Below are positions 10,001 through 21,376 of a stretch of DNA of 34,617 bases, one piece after another. Source of the stretch: Chrysochromulina tobinii (taxonomy: Eukaryota); contig JWZX01001884.1 of the NCBI GenBank assembly GCA_001275005.1, forward strand, positions 1-34,617, given 5' to 3'. How positions within the stretch are numbered: position 1 is the first letter of the stretch; every line of letters begins with the position of its first letter. The position numbers were made by a program, and so were the translations under genes. The notes under the pieces were generated by a model. The model was not told the origin of the DNA, did no database searches, and worked only from the letters and a program-made list of their open reading frames with translations.

Positions 10001-13000
10001 ATCGTCGACGCCCTCCACCTCCGAGGTGACGCTCGCGAGGACGGAGGCCGCGTGCTCCTGGGCGGCCGTTGAGAGCTCCCGCGTGACCATCACGTTGATG
10101 ATGTCGTGGGCGCAGCACGCACGCGCGACGGCGCGTCGTGACGCGAGGTCCGTCGACTGCCAGAGCAGCCAGAGCGCGTACTCCTGCGCTTCCGCCGAGC
10201 CGAGCCGGAAGAGGCTGACGAACCTGAGGAGGGAGGCGAGCACGGGTCGTCAGCACGGGTCGTCAGCAGGGCTCGTCAGCACGGGTCGTCAGCAGGGCTC
10301 GTCAGCACGGTTCGTCAGCAGGGTTCGTCAGTTTGTCATGAGGGAGGCGGACGAACCGGTCAATGCCACCCGCCATCGCGACTGTCATACGCGTCTCGGG
10401 ACTCGTCGACGCTGCCATGTCCTTGAGCGCCGTCGCGGCGCGCGCGCGCACCGCGTCTGACTCGTTGCCAAGTAGCGTCACAAGCTGCTGTGTCACCTGC
10501 AACCAGAGGCCAACCGAGGGCCATCGGTGGGCCATGAGTGTCAGTGTCATTGCAGGGGTCCGTCAGTGCATCATCACACGGGAGCCACTCTCGGCACTTG
10601 CCTGCACTCGGATCTCCGGCGATCTGAGAGCAATGTGCGAGAGCGCCGACCCTGCCAACGATTGGCCAGTCGGCGTGCCATCGCGCAGCTGGCGAGCGAG
10701 CTCGGGGATGGCGCCCGCCTTTGCAAGTGCGCCACGGCTCTCCGAGTCGAGCGACAGGTCGCGTACCAGTCTTGTCACGTGTTCTTTCGCGCTGACGGAG
10801 CACTGCCTGGCGCCACTGCCCGTTGGCATGCTGGGCGGGGAGGCAGGTGCATGCGATCAGGTGCATGCGATCAGATGCATGCGATCAGATGCATGCTGGG
10901 CGGGGAGACAGATGCATGAGATCAGATGCCGTTGGGTGCACTCGGGTGCACTCAGATGCACTCAGTGTGCACTCCGGTGCAATCAGGTGCAATGTGCTCA
11001 GGAGATCCTGTGCAATCAGAGGCAATCAGAGGTGTCAATCTGCCCCCCTCGAGATCGTACCTTAGCATGGAGACGAGCGCCTGCGCGACAGCCCCCTGGT
11101 TGGCGCTGTTGTGGACCACGAGGGCCGCCAGGCTGGCTGCCGCCTCGGCCTTGGCCACTTCCGTGCCGCTCTCAAACAGAGCGGCCAGGGGCGGGATAGC
11201 TCCTGCCTCGGCGATACGCACGCGGTTCTCGGGCAGCGCAGCAAGGGCATGCAATGCCCCAGCGGCCGTCTCCTGCGCGCCACGCGTAAGCACAGCCGCC
11301 GCCAACCCCTCTCCCACGAGCGCGCTGGGGGCAGAGAGGAGCGAGATCAGTGGCGCGAGGCCGCCCTCGTCGGCAATGCGCCGCTGGTTCGCCTCGTGCG
11401 CCGTAGCTAGCGCCCATAAGGCTCCGGCCGCGCTCTGAGAGGTCATCAGAGCATTCCGACGGTCCTCAACTGCGCCGCTCACGCTGAGCAGGGCGATGAG
11501 CAAGGGCACCGCGCCGCACTCGGCGATCGCGGCTTGATTCGCCGGGTTGGACGCGCCGAGGTTCCACAGCGCACAAACGAGCTCGCACGGCAGGTACACC
11601 ACTTCAGAGGGCAATGCTCCACATGTACTCTCCGTGGGTGCCACCGGCGCAGGGTACACTGGCGTCGTGTTGGGCACATGTTCGGCGCGCGCCGCCGCCA
11701 TCCGCGCCGTCTCGAGCGCCGTCTCGGCTCTCAAGAGCTCAACGAGTGGCTCGATGGCACCCACAGCTGCGAGGGACACCTGTGGGGAGGGAGAGGAGGA
11801 GGTCATCGGGCTGTGGAAAAGGGACGTCGGTGGGAAGGAGGGCTGTGGGCGAGGGCTGTGGAAGGGATGTCTGTGGGAAGGAGGGCTGTGGAAGGGGGGC
11901 GAGGGCTGTGGAAGGGATGTCTGTGGGAAGGAGGGCTGGGGGTGAGGGCTGTGGAAGGGCCACCTGGTTGGCTGGATTGGAGCGTGCGAGGCTCGCGATC
12001 GCACGTGCCGCTTTGGCGGCCGTCTCGGCCTCCGACATGCCCGGACTGCCGCTACCTCCTGGGCCCTGTGTGGAGCGACCTGCGGAGCGCTGTGCGGCGG
12101 CGGCGGCAGCCGGTGGTGGCCGTGGTGGTGACGGCGAGGTCAACAGCTTGCCCGACGACGATGTCGGCATGGTCGTGGGCGCCGTGTAGGTGGGTGAGGC
12201 CGCGGCCGCCGACGCAAAGGAAACCTTGCGCGCCGCCGCCGCCGCCGTCTCTCGATGCCCTCTTTGGCCGAGAAGCCCCACAATCTGGGTCGCAATCTCG
12301 TCGCGATTAGACGGATGCTCAAGTGCGATGGCCGCGAGCGCTCCGGCCGCCTCGCGTTGCGCACGCACGCCACCCGCGCCCACAAGCGCCACGAGCGGCG
12401 CGATCCCACCCGCGATCTGGATGAGCTCCTGGTTGGCGGCATGGGGACCGGCGGCCAGGGCCCAGAGCGCCGCCGCGGCCTCCTCCCTGGCAGCGCTCGC
12501 CACGCCGGGCTGCTCGAGTAACCACACGAGACGAGGGATGCCACCTGCCCTCGCCACCTCGGTCTGGTTCAGCCCGTGCTCACGACTGATCTCCCCGAGC
12601 GCCTTGGCCGCGTGCGCACGCACCTCGTCGTCGTGCGTCGCTCCCTCAAGGAGGCGCACGAGCGGCAGCACGCCACCCGCGACTCGGATCGCCTCCTGGA
12701 TCGTCCTGCTGCCTCGCGCGAGGCTCGCCAGCGCCCCCGCGCCCTTCAAATTGCACCTCGCGCAGGTCTCCCGAAGCAGCTGCACCAACGGCCCGATCGC
12801 CGACGCTCCAAAGATGAGCTCCTGCGTCTCCGCGTTGCCGTCGGCGAGGGCCCAGAGGGCGCCTGCCGCCTCTGAGCGCGCGTGAAGCATCTCGAGCGCC
12901 GCCTCGTCCATAGGCGTGCCGAGCTCCTCCTGCACTGTCTGACGAACCTCTGACGAACCCCTGCCGAGCTCCTCTTGCGTTGCCTCCGCGGCGGCGGCGG

Positions 13001-16000
13001 CGGCGGTGGCGGCCGCGGCGGCGGCGGCGGCGGCGGCGGCGGTGGTAGTGGCGGCGGCGGTGGTGGTGGTCGTGGTGGCGGCAGCGCAGCGATGCACGAG
13101 CGGTTCGATGGCGCCTTCTTTGGCCACCAATATCTGCACCGTACTCGAGCTCGCGCACATGTCCGCAAGCACCGCCGCTGCCTTGGCCTGCGCCAACGGA
13201 CTAGTCGAGCCGAGGAGCGCGATGAGTGGCTTGATGCCCCCCTTGCTCGCAATCTCTTGCACGTGCTCGACCGAATCGCCGGATAGGTGCTTGAGCACGG
13301 CGGCCGCAAGCTCTTGCGCCTTGAGGCTCGTCGATCCGCCCCCCTTGATTTGCAATACCAGCCTCTCTATAGCGCCGGCTTCGGCAATCGCGCGACGGTT
13401 GTCCTCATTCTCGGCCGCGAACTTGAGGAGCATTTGGGTCACGTGCACCTGCCCCTCGGCGGATCCCGCGCCGAGCAGAGTCACCAAGCCCGTCGCAATC
13501 GCCAGTTGGTTCGACGGGTCGCCTTGGGCGAGGCATGAGAGGGCTCCGACGGCGGCTTCCTTGGCCGCGATCGTGCCGCTGCCCAGCAGCGCAACGAGGG
13601 GGGAGATGGCGCCCGCGTTGACGATGCGCCCAGGCGCCCCAGGGTGGCTCGCGGCGAGATCCCACAGCGCACACGCGGAGCGTTGCTGAGCGCCCTCGTT
13701 GCGGCAGCCGAGGAAGCTCACCTGATGAGGGAGGCCATACGAGACCGTCAGAGAAAATCAGAGGCCAGCACAGATCTGCAGAGGCCAGCAGGAGGCCACA
13801 TCAGTGGCCACAGCAGAGGCCATCAGAGGCTCACCAGCTTCTTTGCAATCTGCGCTTGGATGTCGGCATTGTTGCGCGCGAGCCGATCAAGAGCCTCCGC
13901 CGCATACACAGCCGCCTGCTCCGTCCCGTCATCAAGCAGCTGCACAAGAGGCCCGATGCCCCCCGCCTTGGCGATGGCGAGCTGGTTGCCCACATCGACG
14001 GACAAATGCCACAGTGCCGACGCGGCTCGTTCCTTCGAGAGAGGCGCCCCCGTTGTGACCAGTGCCACGAGTGGGATGATGCCTCCGGCGGCTGCGATGG
14101 CGCTCAGTCGATCGCCGCCTCTCCCAGCCGTCGTGGCGGGCAATGCAGCGGCTGTCGCCGCTGCGCCCCGCTCGGATGCATTCGTCGCTGTGGGTTCGTC
14201 GCTTGCCATCGAGAGCCCCATCCCACAAGCCTCAGCACCGGCGTGCTCCACAGTCGGTTCGACCGTCGTGCTCTCCGCCCACGTGAACGAGACCACCATG
14301 CCATCGCTCGCCCTCGCATCCACATGGCACTCGAGGCTGCTCACAATGGCTAGCGGGCCTGCATGCTTCTCACGAGAGGCGCTGGTGGACGCGGCAGCTC
14401 GAGTCCCGTCCATTGCGAGCTCGCCGCTCTCGTCACCGCCACCCGCCTCCTTCAGCTGGTGCTGGTGCTGGTGCTGGTGCTGGTGCTGGCGCACCGCCTC
14501 GCGGGCTTCCCGTTCGAGGATTGCCCCCTTGGCAAGATCCGAAATGACAGCGGCCGCGAGCTCCTGCGCCTTGACGGATCCGGAACGTGAAAGCGCCACG
14601 AGCTCGGAGATAGCCCCCGCCTCGACGAGCGCGCCCTGGTTGGCGGTCGAGGCGCACAGGTGCCAGATGGTGCGTGCCGCGTTCTCCTGCGCAAGGCTTG
14701 AGCCGAGGCGGATGAGTTTCAGGAGCGGACCGACCGCGCCGTGCGCGATGATGCTCTCTTGCATGGTCTGGTCGCTGTACGTGAGGTCGGCCAGCGTGGC
14801 AGCGGCTTGCTCCTGGATGCCAACGACGCTGGACGCTGCGGCGGCACGCTCCGGGTGCTCTGCATCCGCGGCGGAAGCTGCAAGTGCTGCGCCCTGGTCC
14901 ATGCCGAGTACGCCCGCGGTGAGCTCCCACATCCTCGTCGCCGTCTTCTTGTTTGGGATCGCGTGGAGCATCGAGATCACGCGCGCGACGCCGCCCGCTG
15001 CCGCAATCGCACGACGGCGCTTCTCCCCTGGCTTCCCCGCCACCGGCACCCACTCCATGCGCCCAAAGATCCTGCCCTGCGGCTTGAGCTCCGCCTCGAA
15101 GTCGATCACATTCTCCGTCCGGAGGCCGTCGAGGCTTACGAAGGCCTCTCCAATCTGAGTGTCCTTGGCCATCGGATCGTCGGCAGACACGTCATCCGAG
15201 TCGAAGACGCGCACGACGAGCCCGCTCCGGACCCCCAACGGCGCGTTCCCCTTCCCGTTCCCACTCCCGTTCCCGTGCGCGTTCCCGACGAACTCCGCCA
15301 GGGCCCCTTGCATCACAATCTCCTCCTCCCAGATTGGGTTGAGCGTCTTGGGGATCACTCTCGTGCGCCGTATCTGGCCCGCCGACGAGAGCGTCGCATA
15401 CGGGTCCGATGTACCTGCAGATCTCGACAGTGGCCATCAGAGGTCATCAGAGGACATCATGAGGTCATCAGAGGATGCAGTGGCTAGTGGCCATCAGTGG
15501 CCATCAGTGGTCATCAGTGGTCATCAGTGGTCATCAGTGGTCATCAGTGGTCATCAGCGGCAGCCCGAGGAGGCAATGTACCTGCGGATCTCGACGCCGG
15601 TCGCCGACGATCCGAGAGGGCGCCGTCCAGAGCGCCGCCCCCGCTCGCGTCTGGCGCCTCGTCCGCTGCAGCGAGCTTCACCGCCTTGCGCACGAGGATG
15701 CGCATCTGCCCATGGCCGCTGAGCCGCGCACGGAGCTCTTCCTTGATCTGCGCGCCAGCCTCGGACGTGCCTGTTGGAGCTTCGGGCAGTGAGCCGCCAT
15801 CGTCGGGCGTGTCACGCGCGTCCCTGGCCAGGTGCGCGAGGGCGCGCGCGGCAGTCTCTGGCGTGCCCGGCACCGCGCTATCGAGCAGCTCGACGAGCAT
15901 GGCGATGCCGCCCGCGTCAGAGATCGCGTCCCTATTGACGGGTGCCAGCCCCAGCTCGGCCAGCGCGGCGGCGGCTTGCTGCTGCGCTGCGCTCGACCCT

Positions 16001-19000
16001 TTTCGAAGCAGTGCGACGAGTGGCGAGACGCCTCCTACCTCGGCGACGGTCAGTGATACGATCGGATTCGAGCGACTCAACCGTCCGATAACAACGGCCG
16101 CGAGCTCTTGCAGATGCTCATCCTCGCTCGAGAGCAGCTCGACCAGGGGCGCCAGCCCACCCGCCTGCGCAATGACCACCCCCACCTCACTGTTCCCCGC
16201 GAGATGCCAGAGAGTGCGCGTCGCGTACTCCTTCGTCTCGAGGCTCGCCTTGCTCACGAGCTCAATGAGCGGCTGGATGCCGCCCGATTTGGCAATGGTC
16301 TCCTGCAGCACAAAGTGATTCGTCGCGAGAGAGAGCAACGCTCGCGCCGCCTCGCGCTGCGCGTCCATATTAGGCACGCGAACGTCCAGGCCGCCGGAGA
16401 TCCACGAGATCAAACTGGGCACCGCGCCCGCCTTCGCCAATGCGAGCTGGTTGGACGGGTTCTCACTGGCAAAGGTCGAGAGGCATCGAAGGACGCGCAC
16501 CGCGCCGCCCGCCGTCTGCACCATCGCGATGCGAGAGGCCAGTCGACCGACGAGCTGCTTGCAGATCTGCTCGCGGTTATCGGGATGCTTGCCCGCGAGG
16601 CTCACGAGGGCGCTGACGGCGTTCGCCTGTGATGACGTGTCCGCACCCGCCTCTGCCCATGCACCGCCATCGACGAGGAGGCTGACCAGAGGCTCGATCC
16701 CCCCCAGCTTGGCGATCGTCGACTTGTTCGAGACGTTGTCCTCCGCGAGGGCCCATATGGTGCGCGCGGCGGCGTCGCGCACCTGCGACGAAACCGCACG
16801 TAACCACACGGAGCCATCGGGTGTGGAGTCAGAAGCAGGTCTCTGGCGTGCCATCAGAAGCAAGTCTCTCGGATGCAAATCAAGAAGCAGGTCTCTCGCA
16901 TGCAAATCAAGAAGCAGGTCTCTCGCATGCAATGGGGTGTACTCAGCGCAGTCCGCATGCAATCAGGCGCCAACGGGTGTGGACTCAGAAAGGGATCCTT
17001 CACACCTCGTCGCTGCCATCCTTGACAAGCCCGCACAGTGGCGCGATGGCTCCCGTGCGTGCGACAGCCGTCTGGATGTCAGCATGGTTGCGTGCAATCG
17101 AGGCGAGCGCCATCGCCGCGTTCGCCTGCATCTCGGCGATCGGGCTCGAAAGCACGGTGATGAGGGCCGGGATGACGTTCGCGTCGGACATGGCCGACTG
17201 GTTGGTTCGGTTGCCCTCGCACAGCTGTGCGACGGCGCGTAACGTGTTGTTCACCAGCTGCACCGCGCCCATCATCTCCTTGCTATTTGAGCACGTGCTC
17301 ACCAGCACGTTGGCAATGAGAGGCACGCCGCCCGCATCGGCGATCCGCTGCTGGATCGCATGCGACTTGTACGCGAGCTGCGTGATTGCATTGACCGCAT
17401 TCTCCTTGGCGCGCGCTGAGCCGCCTAATAGCGCGAGCAGGGGCTCGATGCCGCCCGCGTCCACAATACTGAGCCTGTTGTCCGACGAGTCCTGCGCGAG
17501 GTTCGCGAGCGCAGCCGCCGCCTGTTCCTGTGCCCACGAGCCGTCCACCTCATCAAAGGGGTTGTCGTCGAGCATGCTTACGAGCTTCTCGATGATGAGT
17601 TGACGGTTGGCGTGTTCGATCGAGAGTCGCACCTGAGGAGGGAGGCACTCGGGTGATGAGGGAGGCACTCAGCCTGAGGAGGGAGGCACTCATGTGCACT
17701 CAGACCGTGACGAGGGCACCCTCGGTAGTCAGGGAGGCCACGGCCATCCCGGCTATCCGGTCACTCGCGAGGCCATCACGCCCATCACGCCCATCACGCC
17801 CATCACGCACGAGAGCGCCCTCGGCATGGTTGCGTGCGCGCGTGTTGTTCGTGCCGAGTAGCTGCACAAGAGGCCCGATGCCACCTGCCTCCGTGAGCTC
17901 GAGTCGGTTGGCGGCGTTGGCGGCGAGGGCGTAGAGCGCGCCCGCCGCCTCCTCCTGTGCCTTGTCGCCACAGGAGCCCCCGAGCAGGTTGACCAGCGGC
18001 GAGGTGGCACCCGCGACCGCAATGGCCATCGCCACATTGTCGCTGTCGTGCGCGAGGCGAGCGAGCGCCGAGGCGGCAAACTGACGGCCGGCGTCCCGCC
18101 CATTGTTGAGCAGCTGTACCAGAGGAGCAATGCCCCCCATGCCCACGATCTGGCCGCGATTGTCGGCGACGAGCGCTAACTCGGCGAGCGCCGCCGCCGC
18201 GTATTCTCGCGCACCCTCTCCCTCGTCATCTTGGGCCGTGCGGGGAGTTGACCTCGCATCCACAATCGCGATGAGGGGTGCGATGCCGCCCGTACTCGCA
18301 ATGTCCTTCTGCGCGGCAGTGCAGCCGCTCGCGAGGCGATAGAGCGCGGCGGACGCCTGCTCCCGCGCCACGCCGCTCGCGCTGCGCAGTGCCGTGATCA
18401 GGGGCTGCACGCCCCCCTCGGCCAGGATGATCGACTGGTTGCTCGTGTCGATGGACAACGACAGAGACCAGAGGGCGTAGTCCTTCGCCTCCGCCGCGCC
18501 ACGCTTGAGGAGAGTGATCAAGTCGGCCGCGGCGCCCGCACGGGCGATCTGGGCCTGTGAGCTCGGATTCTCCATCACGAGCTGCCACAAGCAAGTCGCC
18601 GCCGCCGACATGACCTCGAGGGCACCGGCCCCGAGCAGCGCCACCAGCAGGGACGTCACCTGCGCCTGGTTGGCCACATTCTCCTTGCCGAGGGCGAGGA
18701 GGGCGCGGGTCGCAAGCTGCTGCCCTCGCGCACCTCCTGTCGCGAGGAGCATGATCAGAGGTGCGACCCCGCCCGCGGATGCGATCGCCACCTTGTTGGG
18801 CATCTGCTGATCCGCGAGTGACCACAACGCACCCGCCACCTCGGCCTTGACTTCTGGCGTGCCTGTCCGAATTAGAGCGACCAGCTGGGTGATAGCGCCA
18901 AGGTCCGCCACGGCGCCCTGGTTGTCAGGGTTGTCGCGGCAGATGGCGGCCAGGGCGAGCGCTGCCATCGCCTGCATCTCGGGCGTGCCGCTCGCGCTCA

Positions 19001-20019
19001 GCATCATCACAAGCGGTTGGAGCCCGTTCATCCGGGCGATGGCCTCCTGATTGTCGCGGTGCATGTGGGCGAGACGCGCGAGAGCTCGAGCGGCACTCGC
19101 CTGCTCTCAGGGGTGATCCGGGGTGGTCAGGCGAGTGATCAGGGGGCAATCAAGGGGCATTCAGTGGGTCATCAGTCGGTCATCAAGCTGCACTCGCCTG
19201 CGCTTGAGGGCTGCGCCCAGAGAGCAGGGAGAGGAGTGGGAAGATCCCTCCCGCCTTGGCGACACTCTGCTGCACCTCCCCGTTTTCCTCGCTCAGCTCG
19301 GCGATCGCCGTCGCCGCGTGGCACTGCGCCGCGACGTTGGCCCCACTGAGCAGTTGGAGCAGTGGCGCGATCGCTCCCTCGCGTGCGATGGCCTCCTTGT
19401 TGACGGCGTGGCCCGCGCTCAGCTGGGAAAGCGCGAAGGCGGCCGACGACTGGATCTTGCCGCTCGTGAGCATGGCGACCAGCAGCGGCACCGCCCCCGC
19501 GCGCCCGACGTCGTCCTGCACGCTCGAAGCGCCCGCGCAAATGTTGGCCACGCACACGGCGGCGTGCATCTTGGCGTCGTCGATGCCCTGACGCAGCAAG
19601 CGCACGAGCGGAGCGACGGCCGTCCGGATCGGCGCCGCATGCGCCGGCAGCTCGGACAGTGACGACAGCGCAAAGGCCGCCTGCTGCTGCACCTTGTTGC
19701 TGCCCGTGCGGAGCAGCACGATGAGCGCGGGGATGGCGCCTGCGTCAGCGAGGGCGGTCTGCCGTGCGGCACTGCCCGCACCCACGTGCCCCAAGGTCGT
19801 CGCCGCCGCGAGCTGGCCCCCATCCGTGCCCTTGGACAGCATCTGGATCAGCGGGCCAAGCGCACCCGCCTTGACGAGCGCCGCCGCATGCGAGCTCTCG
19901 CCATTGGCATCCTGCTTGGACGCGAAAGCCGCCAGCCGTATGGCGACCTTTTCCTTGGCCTCCATGGGCACGGATTTGAGGGTGCGGATCTCTTCCACGA
20001 GGGTGTCGTGCATGCTCAT
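7083..20019 (-). CDS. Giant armadillo-repeat (Vac8/ARM-like) protein with an internal C2 domain, ~3752 aa, 11 exons
   Basis: Exons 20019-19198, 19100-17811, 17632-17006, 16782-15582, 15414-13835, 13721-11964, 11779-11061, 10830-10602, 10496-10357, 10223-7811, 7562-7083. The total is 11259 nt, a multiple of 3, and all phases are consistent. Many ARM units ('GGIxPLVxLL...AAxALWxLA..NxxxIA'). C2 motifs 'GQMRILVRKAVKLAAAD...GTSDPYA..RTRVIPKTLNPIWEE...VRVFDSD...IGEA' at ~15720-15040. The ATG choice (20019 or 20013) and one acceptor (10831 or 10807) are uncertain. Confidence 0.85.
7563..7810 (-). other. GT-AG intron with 17-nt junction duplication and ~10 copies of a 21-nt repeat
   Basis: CAG|GTCACCACCATCCT occurs at both ends. 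Filler is (CAGGCTGAGTGCCTCCCTCCT/ATT)n. Splicing joins 'LRDQ|VTTILALL'. Confidence 0.85.
10224..10356 (-). other. GT-AG intron with 14-nt junction duplication and (CTGACGA..)n filler
   Basis: G|GTTCGTCCGCCTC at the donor versus G|GTTCGTCAGCCTC at the acceptor. Ends GCCTCCCTCCTCAG. Joins 'GGIDR|FVSLFRLG'. Confidence 0.85.
10497..10601 (-). other. GC-AG intron
   Basis: CAG|GCAAGT donor and TTGCAG acceptor. Joins 'PEIRVQ|VTQQLVTLLG'. The unspliced frame has a stop at 10563. Confidence 0.7.
10831..11060 (-). other. GT-AG intron with CTGATTGC/CTGATCGCATGC repeat filler
   Basis: AG|GTACGA donor and CCTCCCCGCCCAG acceptor (alternative in-phase acceptor at 10807). Restores the ARM reading frame. 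Confidence 0.7.
11780..11963 (-). other. GT-AG intron with 11-nt junction duplication and (CCTTCCACAGCCCT)-like filler
   Basis: CAG|GTGGCCCT versus CAG|GTGTCCCT. Joins 'NPANQ|VSLAAVGAIEPL'. Confidence 0.85.
13722..13834 (-). other. GT-AG intron ending GGCCTCCCTCATCAG
   Basis: G|GTGAGC occurs at both ends. Joins 'IAKKL|VSFLG'. Confidence 0.85.
15415..15581 (-). other. GT-AG intron inside the C2 domain with a 20-nt duplication spanning AG|GT
   Basis: GTCGAGATC(C/T)GCAG|GTACAT at 15576-15595 and 15409-15428. Filler (CTGATGACCA)n. Restores 'AGTSDPY'. Confidence 0.9.
16783..17005 (-). other. GT-AG intron with 27-nt internal repeats
   Basis: GAG|GTGTGA donor and TCGCAG acceptor. Joins 'DGSDE|VRDAAARTIW'. 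Confidence 0.85.
17633..17810 (-). other. GT-AG intron ending GAGTGCCTCCCTCCTCAG
   Basis: Joins 'AEGAL|VRLSIEHANR'. Contains (GTGATGGGC)n and the same 21-nt unit as intron 7563-7810. Confidence 0.85.
19101..19197 (-). other. GC-AG intron with 16-nt junction duplication
   Basis: GCAG|GCGAGTGCAGCT versus GCAG|GCGAGTGCCGCT. Joins 'SPQAQ|ASAARALARL'. Confidence 0.8.
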
Positions 20020-20376
20020 CAGGCCCTCGAGGTCCACCTCCGGACGTCCAAGGAGGCTTGATTCCGCTTACGTTTTTTCTGGCTGTCACGCTCTTGACGC
20101 GTTCGAGGACCTCCCCTGTGGACCAAAGTCGAAAACCAAAAATCGGAAGCGGTGCATGCAGCAATTGTCCGAAAAACAAACGCGAGGTCCAGTCCTCTGC
20201 AGCTGGGTCCGGCTCACAAACGCTACTCACTAACGCGACTCCAGTATGGACCGGGTTTCTCCCATTTTTGGTCAGAGTTTCGTTCAATTTTTGGCGATTG
20301 GCTCGAATTGCGTTCGTGTTCGTCGCGTCTGGGGCTGTGTCGCCTCCTGCCGGAGGTCTGGACTGTGCAGCCCGCC

Positions 20377-21312
20377 ATGGTGTTGGCGCAATGCGAAGGC
20401 GACGGCGCCACCGAAGGCGCTGTCGCAGGGAACGCAAAGCTTCTGCCAGGCTGGGTTGAGTTCGACCCGTGCGACCCGTGCGTCATCTTGTGGTACCTGC
20501 TGGTCAACATCCTGGCCACGTCGGTGTGCCCCGTGCCGATCGCCGGCGCGATGACCGCCATCAGCGCTGTCCTCTTCGGCCTCGTGCCTGGCATGGCGAT
20601 CACCACAACTTCATCGCTCATCGGCGCGTACCTCGGGCATCTGGCGGTCCGGCACCTGTGCCGCCCGTGCTTCATGCGTTCGCTCGGGCGATATCACGAG
20701 CACTGGCTAGCCCTCGACACGGCGATCTCCCAAGCAGGCGCTACGCAGATCGCCCTCCTGATGCGTCTCTCGCCGATGTTTCCGATGGTGGCGAATAATA
20801 TCTTGCTCTCTCTCACGACCATCTCCACGTGGACGTACATGTGGACTTGCGCCGCCGGCGTGATCCCGTCCAACTTGCCCTACGCATACGCTGCCGAGCT
20901 CGGCGTCTCCCTTCATAACCACGAGGACCCCATCATGGTCACGATGACCGTGCTCGGCCTCCTCGCGTCAATGGCGTTCGCGTGGAAGCTCGGCGTCATT
21001 GCCAAGCAGCTGCTGCAGCAGCATGGGGTAGGGGAGGACGGAGAGAGTTCGCAGTCCCTTACTGAGGGCAGCAACGAGCTCTGGGACTCAAACAAGCAGG
21101 ACGGCGGCACGCCGGTGGTGGCTCGCCATCCAGCCGGCGAGGCCATCCGAGGCCATCCGAGGTCACTCGTGCCGCCACCCGTGCCGCCACCCGTGCCGCC
21201 GTTCAGGTTGGCGTTGCCAGTGTGGAGAGACAATTTGGAGGCGTCCTTTCGGGCTTTGAGTCAGATGGGACGAGACTGCTTCTCGCCGCACGCAGCGCCA
21301 AGAATGGTTTAG
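20377..21312 (+). CDS. VTT/SNARE-associated Golgi protein family (TVP38/TMEM64/DedA-like) membrane protein
   Basis: ATG in good context (gccATGg). Motifs 'PVP..GAM...SAVLFG...G...SSLIGAYLG' and 'LLMRLSPMFP..NN.LLSLT.I...Y.....G.IP'. The C-terminal tail is uncertain. Confidence 0.8.
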   Translation: MVLAQCEGDGATEGAVAGNAKLLPGWVEFDPCDPCVILWYLLVNILATSVCPVPIAGAMTAISAVLFGLVPGMAITTTSSLIGAYLGHLAVRHLCRPCFMRSLGRYHEHWLALDTAISQAGATQIALLMRLSPMFPMVANNILLSLTTISTWTYMWTCAAGVIPSNLPYAYAAELGVSLHNHEDPIMVTMTVLGLLASMAFAWKLGVIAKQLLQQHGVGEDGESSQSLTEGSNELWDSNKQDGGTPVVARHPAGEAIRGHPRSLVPPPVPPPVPPFRLALPVWRDNLEASFRALSQMGRDCFSPHAAPRMV

Positions 21313-21376
21313 AATTGAATAAGATGCGTCCATTCATACCAAAATTCACACTTTGCGGCGGACTCTCTTCGCTACT

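Noticed and set aside
21115..21206. Possible extra intron in the VTT gene tail (GTGGTG...TTCAG with short repeats)
   Set aside because: The frame is open without it, the repeats run opposite to the usual filler orientation, and splicing would extend the ORF into the next gene. It cannot be resolved without RNA data.
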